From positions 43,665-107,664 of the forward strand of contig CAWHBI010000048.1 in assembly GCA_963827545.1 (NCBI GenBank): 64,000 nucleotides of DNA, written 5' to 3'. Origin of the DNA: an uncultured Alphaproteobacteria bacterium (GTDB taxonomy: Bacteria; Pseudomonadota; Alphaproteobacteria; Rhizobiales; Hyphomicrobiaceae). Below, piece by piece: positions 38,314 to 47,592 of the stretch (within the stretch, counting starts at the first letter, position 1; each line of letters starts with the position of its first letter). The notes under the pieces are model-generated. The model made no database searches and was not told the DNA's origin. It saw only the letters and a program-made list of their open reading frames with translations. A program made the position numbers and the translations under genes.

Positions 38314-39288
38314 CTATGGGAGGGCGACCCCCTTCGCAGCCATCACAGCGCGGGCTCGATCCGGGTAGTCGGTAATGAGGCCATCGACCTTCATGTCAAT
38401 GGCGCGGGCCATATCGTCCGCGGAGTTGATCGTCCACGGGATGACCTTGAGACCCAGTCCATGCGCCTCCGCCACCGCCTCGGCTGTCAGCTCCGCGAAG
38501 GGCGGAGACCAGGTGCCGCAGCCGCCTGCCTTGACGAGCCGCGGCACGGAGCCCGCGTGGTCGGCGGGATCCAGACCCGCGAGCCACGGCGAGGGCCGGC
38601 GCACCCCAGCGTCGATTTGATCCTGCAAGGTCTTCGAATAGGTCAGGCAAACCGTCTCGATCTCGGGCGCGATCTTCCTCGCTGCGAGCAGCGTTCGCCA
38701 ATCGAACGATTGGATGGTCGTTCGCCCGGTCATACCCGCGGCACGCACCGCCTCCACAACCAGCCGAGCGAAGGTGTCCGGGTCGCGCGTCTCGGCCGGC
38801 TTGTCCGGCGACAGCTTGGTCTCGATGTTGAAACGGGGCGTCTTTCCCGAAGCCTTGGCCAGCTCGAAAAGCTCCAGCAGTGTGGGGATGTGCGCTCCGT
38901 CCACAGGCTGTTGCTGGTCGAATTGCTGTGCGTACTTGGTCGACGGCTTGATGCGGCCGACATCGAAGCGCTTCAGCTCGGCTAGCGTCAGACTGTTGAT
39001 CGCCGGTCCCTGTGCACCAAGCCACTGGCCATCGGGGCCACGCACGATGTCCGGGTTGAGCACGGGATCGTGCGACAGCACGATGACCCCGTCCTTGGTG
39101 ACGCCCAGATCCGTCTCGAGCGTCGTTACGCCGATCTGGAGGGCCCTGGCAAAGCCAGCCAACGTGTTTTCGGGCGCCAGCCCGCGCGCGCCGCGGTGGC
39201 CTTGCAAATCGAAGGCGCCTGCCATGTCCGGACCGATCACGAAGGCAAGAGAGGCAACCGCGAGTTTCACACAGGCACGCAGCATCAC
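38314..39288 (-). CDS. Glycerophosphodiester phosphodiesterase family protein (secreted)
   Basis: A signal peptide followed by QGHRGARGLAPENTLAGF and LETDLGVTKDGVIVLSHD, the GDPD motifs. Confidence 0.85.
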   Translation of the reverse strand: MMLRACVKLAVASLAFVIGPDMAGAFDLQGHRGARGLAPENTLAGFARALQIGVTTLETDLGVTKDGVIVLSHDPVLNPDIVRGPDGQWLGAQGPAINSLTLAELKRFDVGRIKPSTKYAQQFDQQQPVDGAHIPTLLELFELAKASGKTPRFNIETKLSPDKPAETRDPDTFARLVVEAVRAAGMTGRTTIQSFDWRTLLAARKIAPEIETVCLTYSKTLQDQIDAGVRRPSPWLAGLDPADHAGSVPRLVKAGGCGTWSPPFAELTAEAVAEAHGLGLKVIPWTINSADDMARAIDMKVDGLITDYPDRARAVMAAKGVALP

Positions 39289-39786
39289 AGCCCTGCCCCT
39301 TGCGCCGTCATCCGCGCGCCCGATTGTCTCTTCCAGATACCACGCGGAAACTGTGTCACGGAAGGTCTACCATGCCACCACCGACCACCGGATCGCTCAT
39401 TGGGGCAGCGCGCGTCATTACCGCCGACAGCAAGCGCGCCACCGAGATGGGCGGAAGGAAGGCCTCGGCGGTGGAGCGGAGCCGATCGCGGACGATTTCA
39501 AGGGCGCAAATCTCGAGGTTCGCGTGGGCGCCTCACATATCCCAGGACTCGAGCGGGCAGTGCAGCGCGCTGAGTCGGGCGTTGCAGCGGAGCACCATGG
39601 CTGCAATTTCCCGCCGGCGGCGCTTGGTCACGCATGGTTGAGGCTCGCGACTCGCTGCCTTCCCGAATGCATGCCAAAAACCGGCCGGACTCCTGCCACG
39701 GCCTTGCCACGAGTTTGTGGCGGCATCCGCGCCGGTTGATTAAGATCATGAGGCCCAGTGCCGGTGGGACAGGGAGGTCGGGGGCC

Positions 39787-41193
39787 ATGGATTCCACATA
39801 TGTCAAATCGGTCATTGTCAGTGTGTTCGTCGGCCTGGTCGGACTCGCGTCCTACGGAGTGATACAAGAGACCCGCGCCATCGGCGAGGGCCGGATCGTG
39901 ATGGCGACTGGGAGCACGCAGTACTACGAGCTCGCCGAGAGCTACCGGCGCGATCTGGAGCGCAACGGCGTCATCTATCAGGTGCAGCGGCGCACCGAGG
40001 GCTTCGCCACGCTCAAGGCGCTTCTTGATCCTGCCTCGGGGCTCAATGCCGGCTTCATCAAGGGTGGCCTGGTCGGCAGCATGCAGGGGCGCCTCGCCAC
40101 GGAGAAGGCCAAGGGCAGGTATGCGGAATTCACCAAGCTTTTTTCGGTCGGGCGCGTGTTCTATGAGCCGATCTGGGTCTTCACTCGCGGCGATCTGCCC
40201 ACAACGACCCTGCGCGACCTCAAGGACAAGAAGATCCTGACGGGTACGCGGGAAAGCGGCACAAGACGCATCGCCAATCAGCTTCTCAAAGCCAATGGCA
40301 TCGACAAGAACAACGCGACACTGATCGCTGAAAGCCTCCCCGCCGACGCGGCACCCCTGTTCGACGGCCGCGCCGATGCGGCGTTCCTGATCGAGCCTCC
40401 GGATTCTGAAACGATGCAGGCCCTCCTGCACGTGGAGAACATCCGCCTCATGGACTTCTCGGCGGAGGCAGAGGCCTATGACAATCGCTTTCCGGCCATC
40501 ACCAGGGTCGTGCTGCGCAGGGGCGCGGTAGAGTTCAATCCGGTGGTTCCATCGGCGGACATCACGCTGCTGGCGACCACGGCCGCGCTGGTGGTTCGCG
40601 CCGACATGAACCCCGCGCTGGTGAGCCTGTTGACACACGCCGTCGTCAACAATCCAAGACCCGGCTTCGACAAGGCCGGTGACCCAGTTCTCTTTTACCG
40701 CGCCGGCGATTTCCCGTCCGCCAACGACCCCGAATTCGAGATCGCCAAGGATGCTCGCGCAGTGTACAGGTCTGGCGAGCTTCCGATCCTGCTGCGTCAC
40801 CTTGCGCCGATGAATGCGCGCATGGGGGTGCCCTTCTCGTTCACGGCATTTGTGAACAGCTATGCCGCGCAAATGCTCCTTGTGCTAATTCCGCTGCTCG
40901 CCATTTTGGTGCCGCTCTCGCGGGCCTTGCCGGCGCTTTACGTGTGGTTCGTGCGACGGCGACTGATCTACTGGTACCGCCAGCTCAAGATGCTGGAGAA
41001 GAGCCTCGACAGCCGCGGGGCCAAGTATGACCTGGCGGCGCACCAGGCCGAGCTTGAGCGCATCGATGGGGCGGTCAGGCGTATTCGCGTGCCGCTCTAC
41101 TTCTCCAATGAGCTCTACGACCTACGCATGCATATCGATCTAGTTCGCCAGCGGTTGACGACACGGCCGGGCATGCAGATGGCGGCGGAATAG
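39787..41193 (+). CDS. TAXI-like solute-binding domain protein with C-terminal membrane anchor
   Basis: N-terminal TM, then a periplasmic-binding-like domain (IVMATGSTQYYELAESY...). The C-terminus has a TM segment (MLLVLIPLLAILVPL) and a coiled tail. The ATG at 39787 has RBS GGGAGG. Confidence 0.55.
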   Translation: MDSTYVKSVIVSVFVGLVGLASYGVIQETRAIGEGRIVMATGSTQYYELAESYRRDLERNGVIYQVQRRTEGFATLKALLDPASGLNAGFIKGGLVGSMQGRLATEKAKGRYAEFTKLFSVGRVFYEPIWVFTRGDLPTTTLRDLKDKKILTGTRESGTRRIANQLLKANGIDKNNATLIAESLPADAAPLFDGRADAAFLIEPPDSETMQALLHVENIRLMDFSAEAEAYDNRFPAITRVVLRRGAVEFNPVVPSADITLLATTAALVVRADMNPALVSLLTHAVVNNPRPGFDKAGDPVLFYRAGDFPSANDPEFEIAKDARAVYRSGELPILLRHLAPMNARMGVPFSFTAFVNSYAAQMLLVLIPLLAILVPLSRALPALYVWFVRRRLIYWYRQLKMLEKSLDSRGAKYDLAAHQAELERIDGAVRRIRVPLYFSNELYDLRMHIDLVRQRLTTRPGMQMAAE

Positions 41194-41362
41194 GCAAGTG
41201 GCTGCCGCGGCGCGTGGCCGGACTAAAAGGCTGCGGGACGCGTTCTTCCGAGGGGGTGGACATGGCCGGACCGCTATCGCCAGCTGACGTGAAGACCCTG
41301 GTCGCCGAGGCTGAACCCGCCCTTGGCTAGAGAGATCCCAATCGCCGGAGTGGGCCGTGCAG

Positions 41363-41777
41363 ATGACCGCTCTCGAGTTTGATCCTCGTGATGTGCTGGA
41401 AAAGTACGTCGCCCTTCTGAACAAGCCCGAAGGCTCGGTCATTCGCGATGTCGGCGGAGCTGGCCCACCCCAAGGATGCGATCAAGTCCGTGCTGCAGCA
41501 CTGCATCAGGACGGCGGCGGACGGTGAGACGCAAGCCTTTCTGCGCAACTCGTATATTGCCTTGGCCAACTTCCAGCAGATGTCGGACGACGAGCGGGAG
41601 GCGGCAAAGCTTCTCAAAGAGGTGGGTGCGCCGGCCCCGGAAGGAAGCAAGCTCTTCCATCAGCAAGCCCGGCGCATCACCCACATCGCTCAACCGCTGC
41701 AATCGGTGCTGGACAGGTTGAAGGCAGAGATCGCGGTGCTCACGCAGGACCTCAAGTCGCTGCCCGGTGCTGATTGA
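41363..41777 (+). CDS. Hypothetical protein, apparently frameshifted near 41445-41455
   Basis: The ATG at 41363 (MTALEFDPRDVLEKYVALLNKPEGSVIRDV) runs into the 41448..41777 ORF (..ELAHPKDAIKSVLQHC...) if one nucleotide is removed around GTCGGCGGAGCTG. Confidence 0.4.
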
Positions 41778-41915
41778 GCGGCTTGGCCCGAGGTCTGCTC
41801 CTGTCGTGTCGCAGGTGCGGTTCCTGCGCCCCCCGCCATGCATTTCGCGCATGGGCAAACCAGCACGGTTGGCTGTAGTCTCGCGCGCTTGCAGTTCCAC
41901 ATCGGGGGAAACGAC

Positions 41916-42905
41916 ATGGCGACGAACAAGAAAAAGCTGCTGATTACCGAATCGATGGCGCCAGCGGGTTGGGCACTGTTCAACGAGCGAAGCGATATCG
42001 AGGCCGTGAAGTTTCCCGGCATGATCGCATCGCCGGACTACCAAGCCCTCCTCGACCAGCATGCGCCGGTCAACGGGGTCGCGCTCGGCGTGACTCGCTT
42101 CGGCGAGGCGGAGCTTGCCGCTGCGCGGGACATGCGGGTCGTGGCGCGCATCGGCGTGGGTTACGACGCCGTCGACATCCCGGCGCTGACCGCCAGAAGG
42201 GTCCCGCTCATGGTGGCCGGGACGGCCAATTCACCCTCGGTCGCCGAGCAGGCGATGTTCATGATGATGGCGCTGGCCAAGCGCGGCGCCGAGCTGCACG
42301 CGATGGTGCAGGAGGGGCGCTGGAGCAAGCGGTTGAGCGCCGTGCCGGTCGATCTCTACGGCAAGACCGTACTCATTGTCGGCTTTGGCCGTATCGGCAC
42401 GCGCAGTGCCAAGCGCTGCCAGGCGATGGAAATGAATGTGCTGGTCTACGACCCCTACGTGCCGGCCAGCGCGGTCAAGGCCGCCGATTGCGAGCCCGTG
42501 GCGGACCTGGACACAGCGCTTTCGCGCGCCGACTTCGTCACCATCCATTGCCCCAAGACGCCGGAGACCGTCGGCATGTTCAACGCGGCGCGGCTGGCCC
42601 GGATGAAACCCACGGCCTACCTGGTGAATACCGCCCGCGGCGGCATCATCGATGAGCCGGCCCTGCATGCGGCCCTGACCGCCAACAAGCTCGCGGGTGC
42701 CGGCCTCGACGTGTTCGAGCAGGAGCCCACACCGGTCGACAACCCGCTGCTGAAGCTGCCCAGCGTCATCAGCGCACCGCACATGGCTGGCGTGACGCGG
42801 GAATCGCTCGATCGCATGGGCCTGCAGACGGCCCGCAATATCCTGAGCGTGCTCGACGGCAAGCCGATCCGCGAGAACGTGATCAACAAGGAGGTGTTGG
42901 ACTAA
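41916..42905 (+). CDS. D-isomer-specific 2-hydroxyacid dehydrogenase (PGDH-like)
   Basis: GKTVLIVGFGRIGTRSA (NAD-binding), NTARGGIIDE and DVFEQEP. Confidence 0.85.
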   Translation: MATNKKKLLITESMAPAGWALFNERSDIEAVKFPGMIASPDYQALLDQHAPVNGVALGVTRFGEAELAAARDMRVVARIGVGYDAVDIPALTARRVPLMVAGTANSPSVAEQAMFMMMALAKRGAELHAMVQEGRWSKRLSAVPVDLYGKTVLIVGFGRIGTRSAKRCQAMEMNVLVYDPYVPASAVKAADCEPVADLDTALSRADFVTIHCPKTPETVGMFNAARLARMKPTAYLVNTARGGIIDEPALHAALTANKLAGAGLDVFEQEPTPVDNPLLKLPSVISAPHMAGVTRESLDRMGLQTARNILSVLDGKPIRENVINKEVLD

Positions 42906-42926
42906 AGCGGTTGGCGGTTGGGCCGT

Positions 42927-44012
42927 CTATGAACCGCAAACGCCTTCAGGGACGAACACCTGACCGGCAAACAGCCGGCGCGCGGTGCTGACCAAGGCCG
43001 CTTCGCGGACCTCGGTCCTGCCGCCCTGCTCGTCTACCGTGAGCGAAACCGGGCTTGCCCCGGTCGGATGCTCGACCAACATCAGCTTGATGGGCCCGGC
43101 CGGGATCTTCGCAAGGTCATGCGCCGGGCTCTCTGGCAGCAGGGAGGCCGTCGCCACGCTGAGGGCGGCAAACACGCCGATAGACGCATGCGCGCGATGC
43201 GGGATGTAGGAGCGCGTCGAGATCACTCCGCCGGCGCGCGGCGGCGCCACCAGGATCATCTTCGGCACTGATTTGTCCTTCACGTCGCCGAGGTTCATCA
43301 TCGGCCCGGCCTTCAGCCGGATCGCCTCGATTCGCGCCTTCAGCTCGGTGTCACCATCGAGTGCCTCGCGGCTCTCGTAGCCGGTGCGGCCCAGGTCTTT
43401 GGCGCGCATCACGACCACCGGCATGCCGTTGTCGATGAGGGTGACCACAACGCCGTCGATCTCGTCGGCGGCCCGCCCCGTGGGGAGCAGCGCTCCGCAC
43501 ATGGAGCCGGCTGCATCGCTGAACGAAAGTGCAATCGGCGCCGCTGTGCCCGGCACGCCGTCGATGCGCGCATCGCCCCGATAGGTCGGACGTCCGCCCG
43601 GCGTCTGAATTGTCGCGACGACGGTCTGGTTGCTGTTGACCATGTGAATGACCACCTTGGTCTGGGGGTCGCGGCCCGGCACGAGACCCTGCTCGATGGC
43701 AAAGGGACCCACGCCCGCGAGGATGTTGCCGCAGTTCTGCGCCGTGCTGACCAGGGCCTTGTCGACGAACACCTGCGCGAACAGGTAGTCCACGTCCACG
43801 CCCGGCCGGCTCGACTTGGAGATGATCCCCACCTTGCTGGTCAGCGGGTCGGCGCCGCCAATGCCGTCGATCTGACGGGGATCGGGCGAGCCCATCACCG
43901 CCAAGAGGACCTTGTCGCGCTGGCCTGGATCTGCGGGCAGGTCGCGGCTGAGGAAATAGGCGCCCTTGGAGGTGCCGCCCCGCATCATCACGCAGGCAAT
44001 GGCGGTCTGCAT
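42927..44012 (-). CDS. PrpF-family isomerase, 4-oxalomesaconate tautomerase-like (GalD-like)
   Basis: MRGGTSKGAYF and the full-length PrpF pattern. It is clustered with GalC-like and GalB-like genes. Confidence 0.8.
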   Translation of the reverse strand: MQTAIACVMMRGGTSKGAYFLSRDLPADPGQRDKVLLAVMGSPDPRQIDGIGGADPLTSKVGIISKSSRPGVDVDYLFAQVFVDKALVSTAQNCGNILAGVGPFAIEQGLVPGRDPQTKVVIHMVNSNQTVVATIQTPGGRPTYRGDARIDGVPGTAAPIALSFSDAAGSMCGALLPTGRAADEIDGVVVTLIDNGMPVVVMRAKDLGRTGYESREALDGDTELKARIEAIRLKAGPMMNLGDVKDKSVPKMILVAPPRAGGVISTRSYIPHRAHASIGVFAALSVATASLLPESPAHDLAKIPAGPIKLMLVEHPTGASPVSLTVDEQGGRTEVREAALVSTARRLFAGQVFVPEGVCGS

Positions 44013-44014
44013 GG

Positions 44015-44716
44015 CTACTTGGCCTTAAGCTCGTCGGCGCTGGCGACGTAGCGAAGTCCCTTCTCCTTCAGCTTCGCCCGCATGCTGTAGATATCGATGC
44101 CGAGCTGGCCCTTGCTCAGCTGCTCGCGGTTCCTCGCCTCTTTTTCCTCGCGCTCGCGCGACTTGGCCGTGACGGCGCGAACTTCACCGCGGGCAACGAT
44201 GACGACACCGTCGTCATCGGCCACGACCACATCGCCGGGATGGATCAACTGCCCCGCGCAGACCAGCGGCAGGTTCACGTCGCCGAGGCTTTCCTTGACG
44301 GTGCCCTGCGCCGACACGGCACGCGACCAGACCGGGAATTTCATCTCGGAGAGCGCCTTCACGTCGCGGCAACCCGCCTCGATGACGAGGCCGCGCACGC
44401 CACGCGATTTCAGCGAGCAGGCCAGCAGCTCGCCGAAGTAGCCGTTGTCGCAAGGGCTGGTGGGCGCCACGACGAGCACGTCGCCTTCGCGGCACTGCTC
44501 CACCGCCACGTGGATCATCCAGTTGTCGCCCGGCGGGACGGAGACCGTGACGGCGTTCCCCGCCGCCTGCGCGCCCGCATAGATCGGCCGCATGTAGCAG
44601 GCGAGCAGGCCCTTGCGGCCCTGCGCCTCGTGGATGGTGGCCACGCCGAATTCAGCCAGCGCGGCGATGTCGGCGAGCGCGGTGCGCTCGAAGCTCTGGA
44701 CGACGATGCCGCTCAT
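44015..44716 (-). CDS. 4-carboxy-4-hydroxy-2-oxoadipate aldolase / oxaloacetate decarboxylase (RraA-like, LigK/GalC-type)
   Basis: ATIHEAQGRKGLL, GDVLVVAP...GYFGELLACSLKSRGVRGLVIEAGCRD. Its start overlaps the upstream stop by 4 nt. Confidence 0.8.
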   Translation of the reverse strand: MSGIVVQSFERTALADIAALAEFGVATIHEAQGRKGLLACYMRPIYAGAQAAGNAVTVSVPPGDNWMIHVAVEQCREGDVLVVAPTSPCDNGYFGELLACSLKSRGVRGLVIEAGCRDVKALSEMKFPVWSRAVSAQGTVKESLGDVNLPLVCAGQLIHPGDVVVADDDGVVIVARGEVRAVTAKSREREEKEARNREQLSKGQLGIDIYSMRAKLKEKGLRYVASADELKAK

Positions 44717-45432
44717 GCCAGCAGCTCCGGAGTTGCCGGGAAGATCCTCTGATAGCCTTCGGCGTGGGTGCAGCTCTTGGCGCCGCCGTTGCGCCGGCAT
44801 TGCGTGCCGCGCCGCAGCGCCACGTGCGTGTAGTACTCCCACAGGTGCTCCTGGCCGGTCATGCACTCGATGGCGGCGCGCTTCTTGTCCCACACTGGCG
44901 TGATGTCGAGCAGCACGTCGGGCTTCCAATCGCACTGCTCGGTCTGATGCGGCTCGAACAGGAACACGGGCGGTGCACCGATCACGCCTTCGCCCGGCTT
45001 GTGGCCATGCGCCTGGGCGATGATGCGGGCTTCCTGGGTCATGTGCGCGGCCAGCGGGTGATCGAAGTTGTAGGGGTCGGCAAGGGAGTGCGTGAGCACG
45101 AAGGCCGGGTGGAGCGTGCGATAGACATCGACCAGCCGGTAGAGGAAGTCATCGCTGACGCGCATGGGATAGTCGCCCATGTCGAAGAACTGCAGCTCCG
45201 CAACTCCCAATGCTTTGGCGGCGCTCTCGGCTTCCCGGCGCCGGGCGGACTTGACCTCCTCCAAGGTGATGCCCTTCTGGCGCCACAGCTTCTCAAACTC
45301 GCCGCGCTCGCCGAAGGACAGGCACACCACGTGCATGGCGTAGCCGCGCGCGGCGTGCAGCGCGATGGCGCCGGCGGCGCGCCATACGAAATCCGCCGAG
45401 TGCGCGCTGACGACGAGTGCGGTCTTGGTCAT
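44713..45432 (-). CDS. PIG-L/LmbE-family protein, 4-oxalmesaconate hydratase-like (GalB-like)
   Basis: LVVSAHSADFVWRAAG and the HSLADPYNFDH pattern fit the LmbE fold. GalB of the gallate pathway belongs to this family. RBS GAGGAG. Confidence 0.75.
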   Translation of the reverse strand: MTKTALVVSAHSADFVWRAAGAIALHAARGYAMHVVCLSFGERGEFEKLWRQKGITLEEVKSARRREAESAAKALGVAELQFFDMGDYPMRVSDDFLYRLVDVYRTLHPAFVLTHSLADPYNFDHPLAAHMTQEARIIAQAHGHKPGEGVIGAPPVFLFEPHQTEQCDWKPDVLLDITPVWDKKRAAIECMTGQEHLWEYYTHVALRRGTQCRRNGGAKSCTHAEGYQRIFPATPELLA

Positions 45433-45449
45433 GATGGTCTCCTCTGTCT

Positions 45450-45567
45450 CCCTCTCCCCGCTTGCGGGGAGAGGGTCGGGGTGAGGGGCAGAAACAGGTT
45501 CCGTCGGCACTTGTGTCCGCCCCTCACCCTAGCCCTCTCCCCATGCTGAAGAAGCATGGGGAGAGGG
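45450..45567. repeat. REP-like palindromic repeat, family B, copy 2
   Basis: It has the same three hairpin modules as 20570-20679, in the opposite order. Confidence 0.8.
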
Positions 45568-45571
45568 AATC

Positions 45572-46553
45572 TCACCCTTTGCGCGGTCCTTGATACTGCT
45601 CGATCGGCGGGGTGCCGTGGGTGTGGAAGCTCTCGATCGTTTTCAAGCCCCACGCCTGCCCCTTCTTGCGCTCGGTCTCCGTCCATACCACCGGCTGCCA
45701 GTCGGGTGCCAGCACCAGGCGCGCGCCCGCATTGGCCACCTCCACGCGATTGCCGCCCGGCTCGTAAACGTAGAGGAAAAAAGTCTGCTGGATAGCGTGC
45801 TTGTGCGGCCCGGTCTCGATGTGCACCCCTGCCTCGAGGAAGATATCGGCAGCGCGGAGAATCTCCTCGCGGGAATTCGAAAGCATAGGTGACGTGGTGG
45901 AAGCGGCCATGGGCCCCGTAGTGATCGAGCGTGAAGGCGAGATCGTAGCTCTTGTTGTTGCAGGTGACCCAAGCGCCGGCCTCGATGCCGCTGTCGAGCA
46001 CGATCATCTCGGTGGTCCGCAGTCCCAGCACGCCTTCCAGGAAGTGTCTCAGCCCGGCGACGTCCGAAGTCAGCAGGTTCATGTGGTCGAGCCGGCGCAC
46101 GTTGACGCCGCGGGCGGGAAAGCGCTGCGCCTGGTTCTTGAGCGCAGGCTTGAGATCGGGCGGCGGCTTGTACCACTCGGTCTCGTAGTAGACCTCCATG
46201 TTGTGGCCTTCGGGCGTAGTGAAGGCGTACGCCCGCCCGTGACCGAGGTCGCCCTCGGTCCAGCCCTTGCCCAGGCCGGCGCTTTCGATGGCTGCGACCC
46301 GCCGCTGCAGCGCCTCCGGGCTCGTCGCCCGATAGGCGAAGTGGCCCATGCCAGCCACTTTCGCTTCGGTCAGCTTCAAGGTGTGGTGCTCGTAGTCGTC
46401 CCAGCCGCGCAGATACACCGACTGGCCGCGTCGCCCGCTTTCCGTCATGCCCATCACATCGACGAAGAAGCGCAGGCTCTCGTCGGGCTTGGGGGTCAGC
46501 AGCTCGACGTGAGCCAGATGGGCAAGATCGAAGGAGCGGAGCGTGGATTGCAC
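45572..46553 (-). pseudogene. Type I (VOC-fold) extradiol dioxygenase, catechol 2,3-dioxygenase-like, with a frameshift near 45880
   Basis: The N-terminal ~220 aa (to ...HGRFHHVTYA) are in the frame of ORF 45429..46553. The conserved C-terminus (SREEILRAADIFLEAGVHIETGPHKHAIQQTFFLYVYEPGGNRVE...) is in the frame of ORF 45572..45910. The junction is at CGAAAGCAT. Confidence 0.8.
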
Positions 46554-46603
46554 GGGACAGATGCCTCTGTGGAAACGAATGCAATGAGCATAGCGCGGAA
46601 ACG

Positions 46604-47431
46604 CTAGTCTCGCGACCGGCCGGTCAATTCCAGGCTCAGCTTACGCAACTGCGCACGCGCGGCGGCATCATAAGCCTGCCCACTGGCGCGCGCTTCCTGC
46701 AGGCGGTTGAAATAGAGGCCGCTGCGGCCCTCGAGCTCGGGCGAGATGGCGAGCTTGAGGATTGCCTCGGCGCCTTCCGCGACGGTGCTCGCGGGGGAGA
46801 CCCCCGCCTCGCGCACCATGGTCGTGGCCATGTAGGTCGCCGGGTGCAGGCAGTTCACGGTGACGCTGGAGCCCTCGAGCTCCTTGGCGAGATCAATCGT
46901 GAACATGATCTGCGCCAGCTTGCTCTGGCAGTATGCCTGTATGCCGTCATAGCGCCTCGCGAGCATCACGTCGTCGAAGTCGATGCGCATCTGGCCGGCA
47001 GAGGCCACGTTGACGATGCGCGCCGGTGCGCCGGTCTTGAGCAGCGGCAGCAGCAGGTAGGTGAGCAGGAAGCCGGAAAGGTAGTTCACCGCGAAGCGCA
47101 GCTCGTGGCCCTCTACGCTGACGCGGCGTTGGGGGCCGCCGGAGCGGGTGCCGATGCCGGCATTATTGATGAGAATGCTCAGCCGGTCGTGATCCTCGCG
47201 CACGGCTGCCGCCAGGGCACGAACGCCGTCGAGGGACGAAAAGTCGGCCTGGTAGAGCTTGGCGGTGCCCTTACCGTTGCGACGGATCTCCTCGATCACG
47301 GCTTCCCCGCGCTGCCGGTCGCGCCCATGCACGAGTACGTTGGCACCCTGCCTGGCAAGCTCGATGGCGACGTGGCGGCCAACTCCATCCGTGGAACCAG
47401 TGATAAGAACAGTCCTGTCAGTCAACAGCAT
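46604..47431 (-). CDS. SDR-family oxidoreductase
   Basis: TGSTDGVGR (TGxxxGxG), NNAG and YCQSK (YxxxK). The ATG at 47431 has RBS AGGAGAG. Confidence 0.85.
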   Translation of the reverse strand: MLLTDRTVLITGSTDGVGRHVAIELARQGANVLVHGRDRQRGEAVIEEIRRNGKGTAKLYQADFSSLDGVRALAAAVREDHDRLSILINNAGIGTRSGGPQRRVSVEGHELRFAVNYLSGFLLTYLLLPLLKTGAPARIVNVASAGQMRIDFDDVMLARRYDGIQAYCQSKLAQIMFTIDLAKELEGSSVTVNCLHPATYMATTMVREAGVSPASTVAEGAEAILKLAISPELEGRSGLYFNRLQEARASGQAYDAAARAQLRKLSLELTGRSRD

Positions 47432-47592
47432 CGGGCATTCTCTCCTGAAACGTCGATGATGCCGGCAAGCAGGCCTGCCGACAGAGCCCGCTTCAATGCC
47501 TAGCCTAATGGCAAAGATCGGGATATCCCACCGCTCGCCGGTCAATCCTGACCGCACCAGGATGCATGCGCTGCGGTGGGGGAAGCAGCCCA

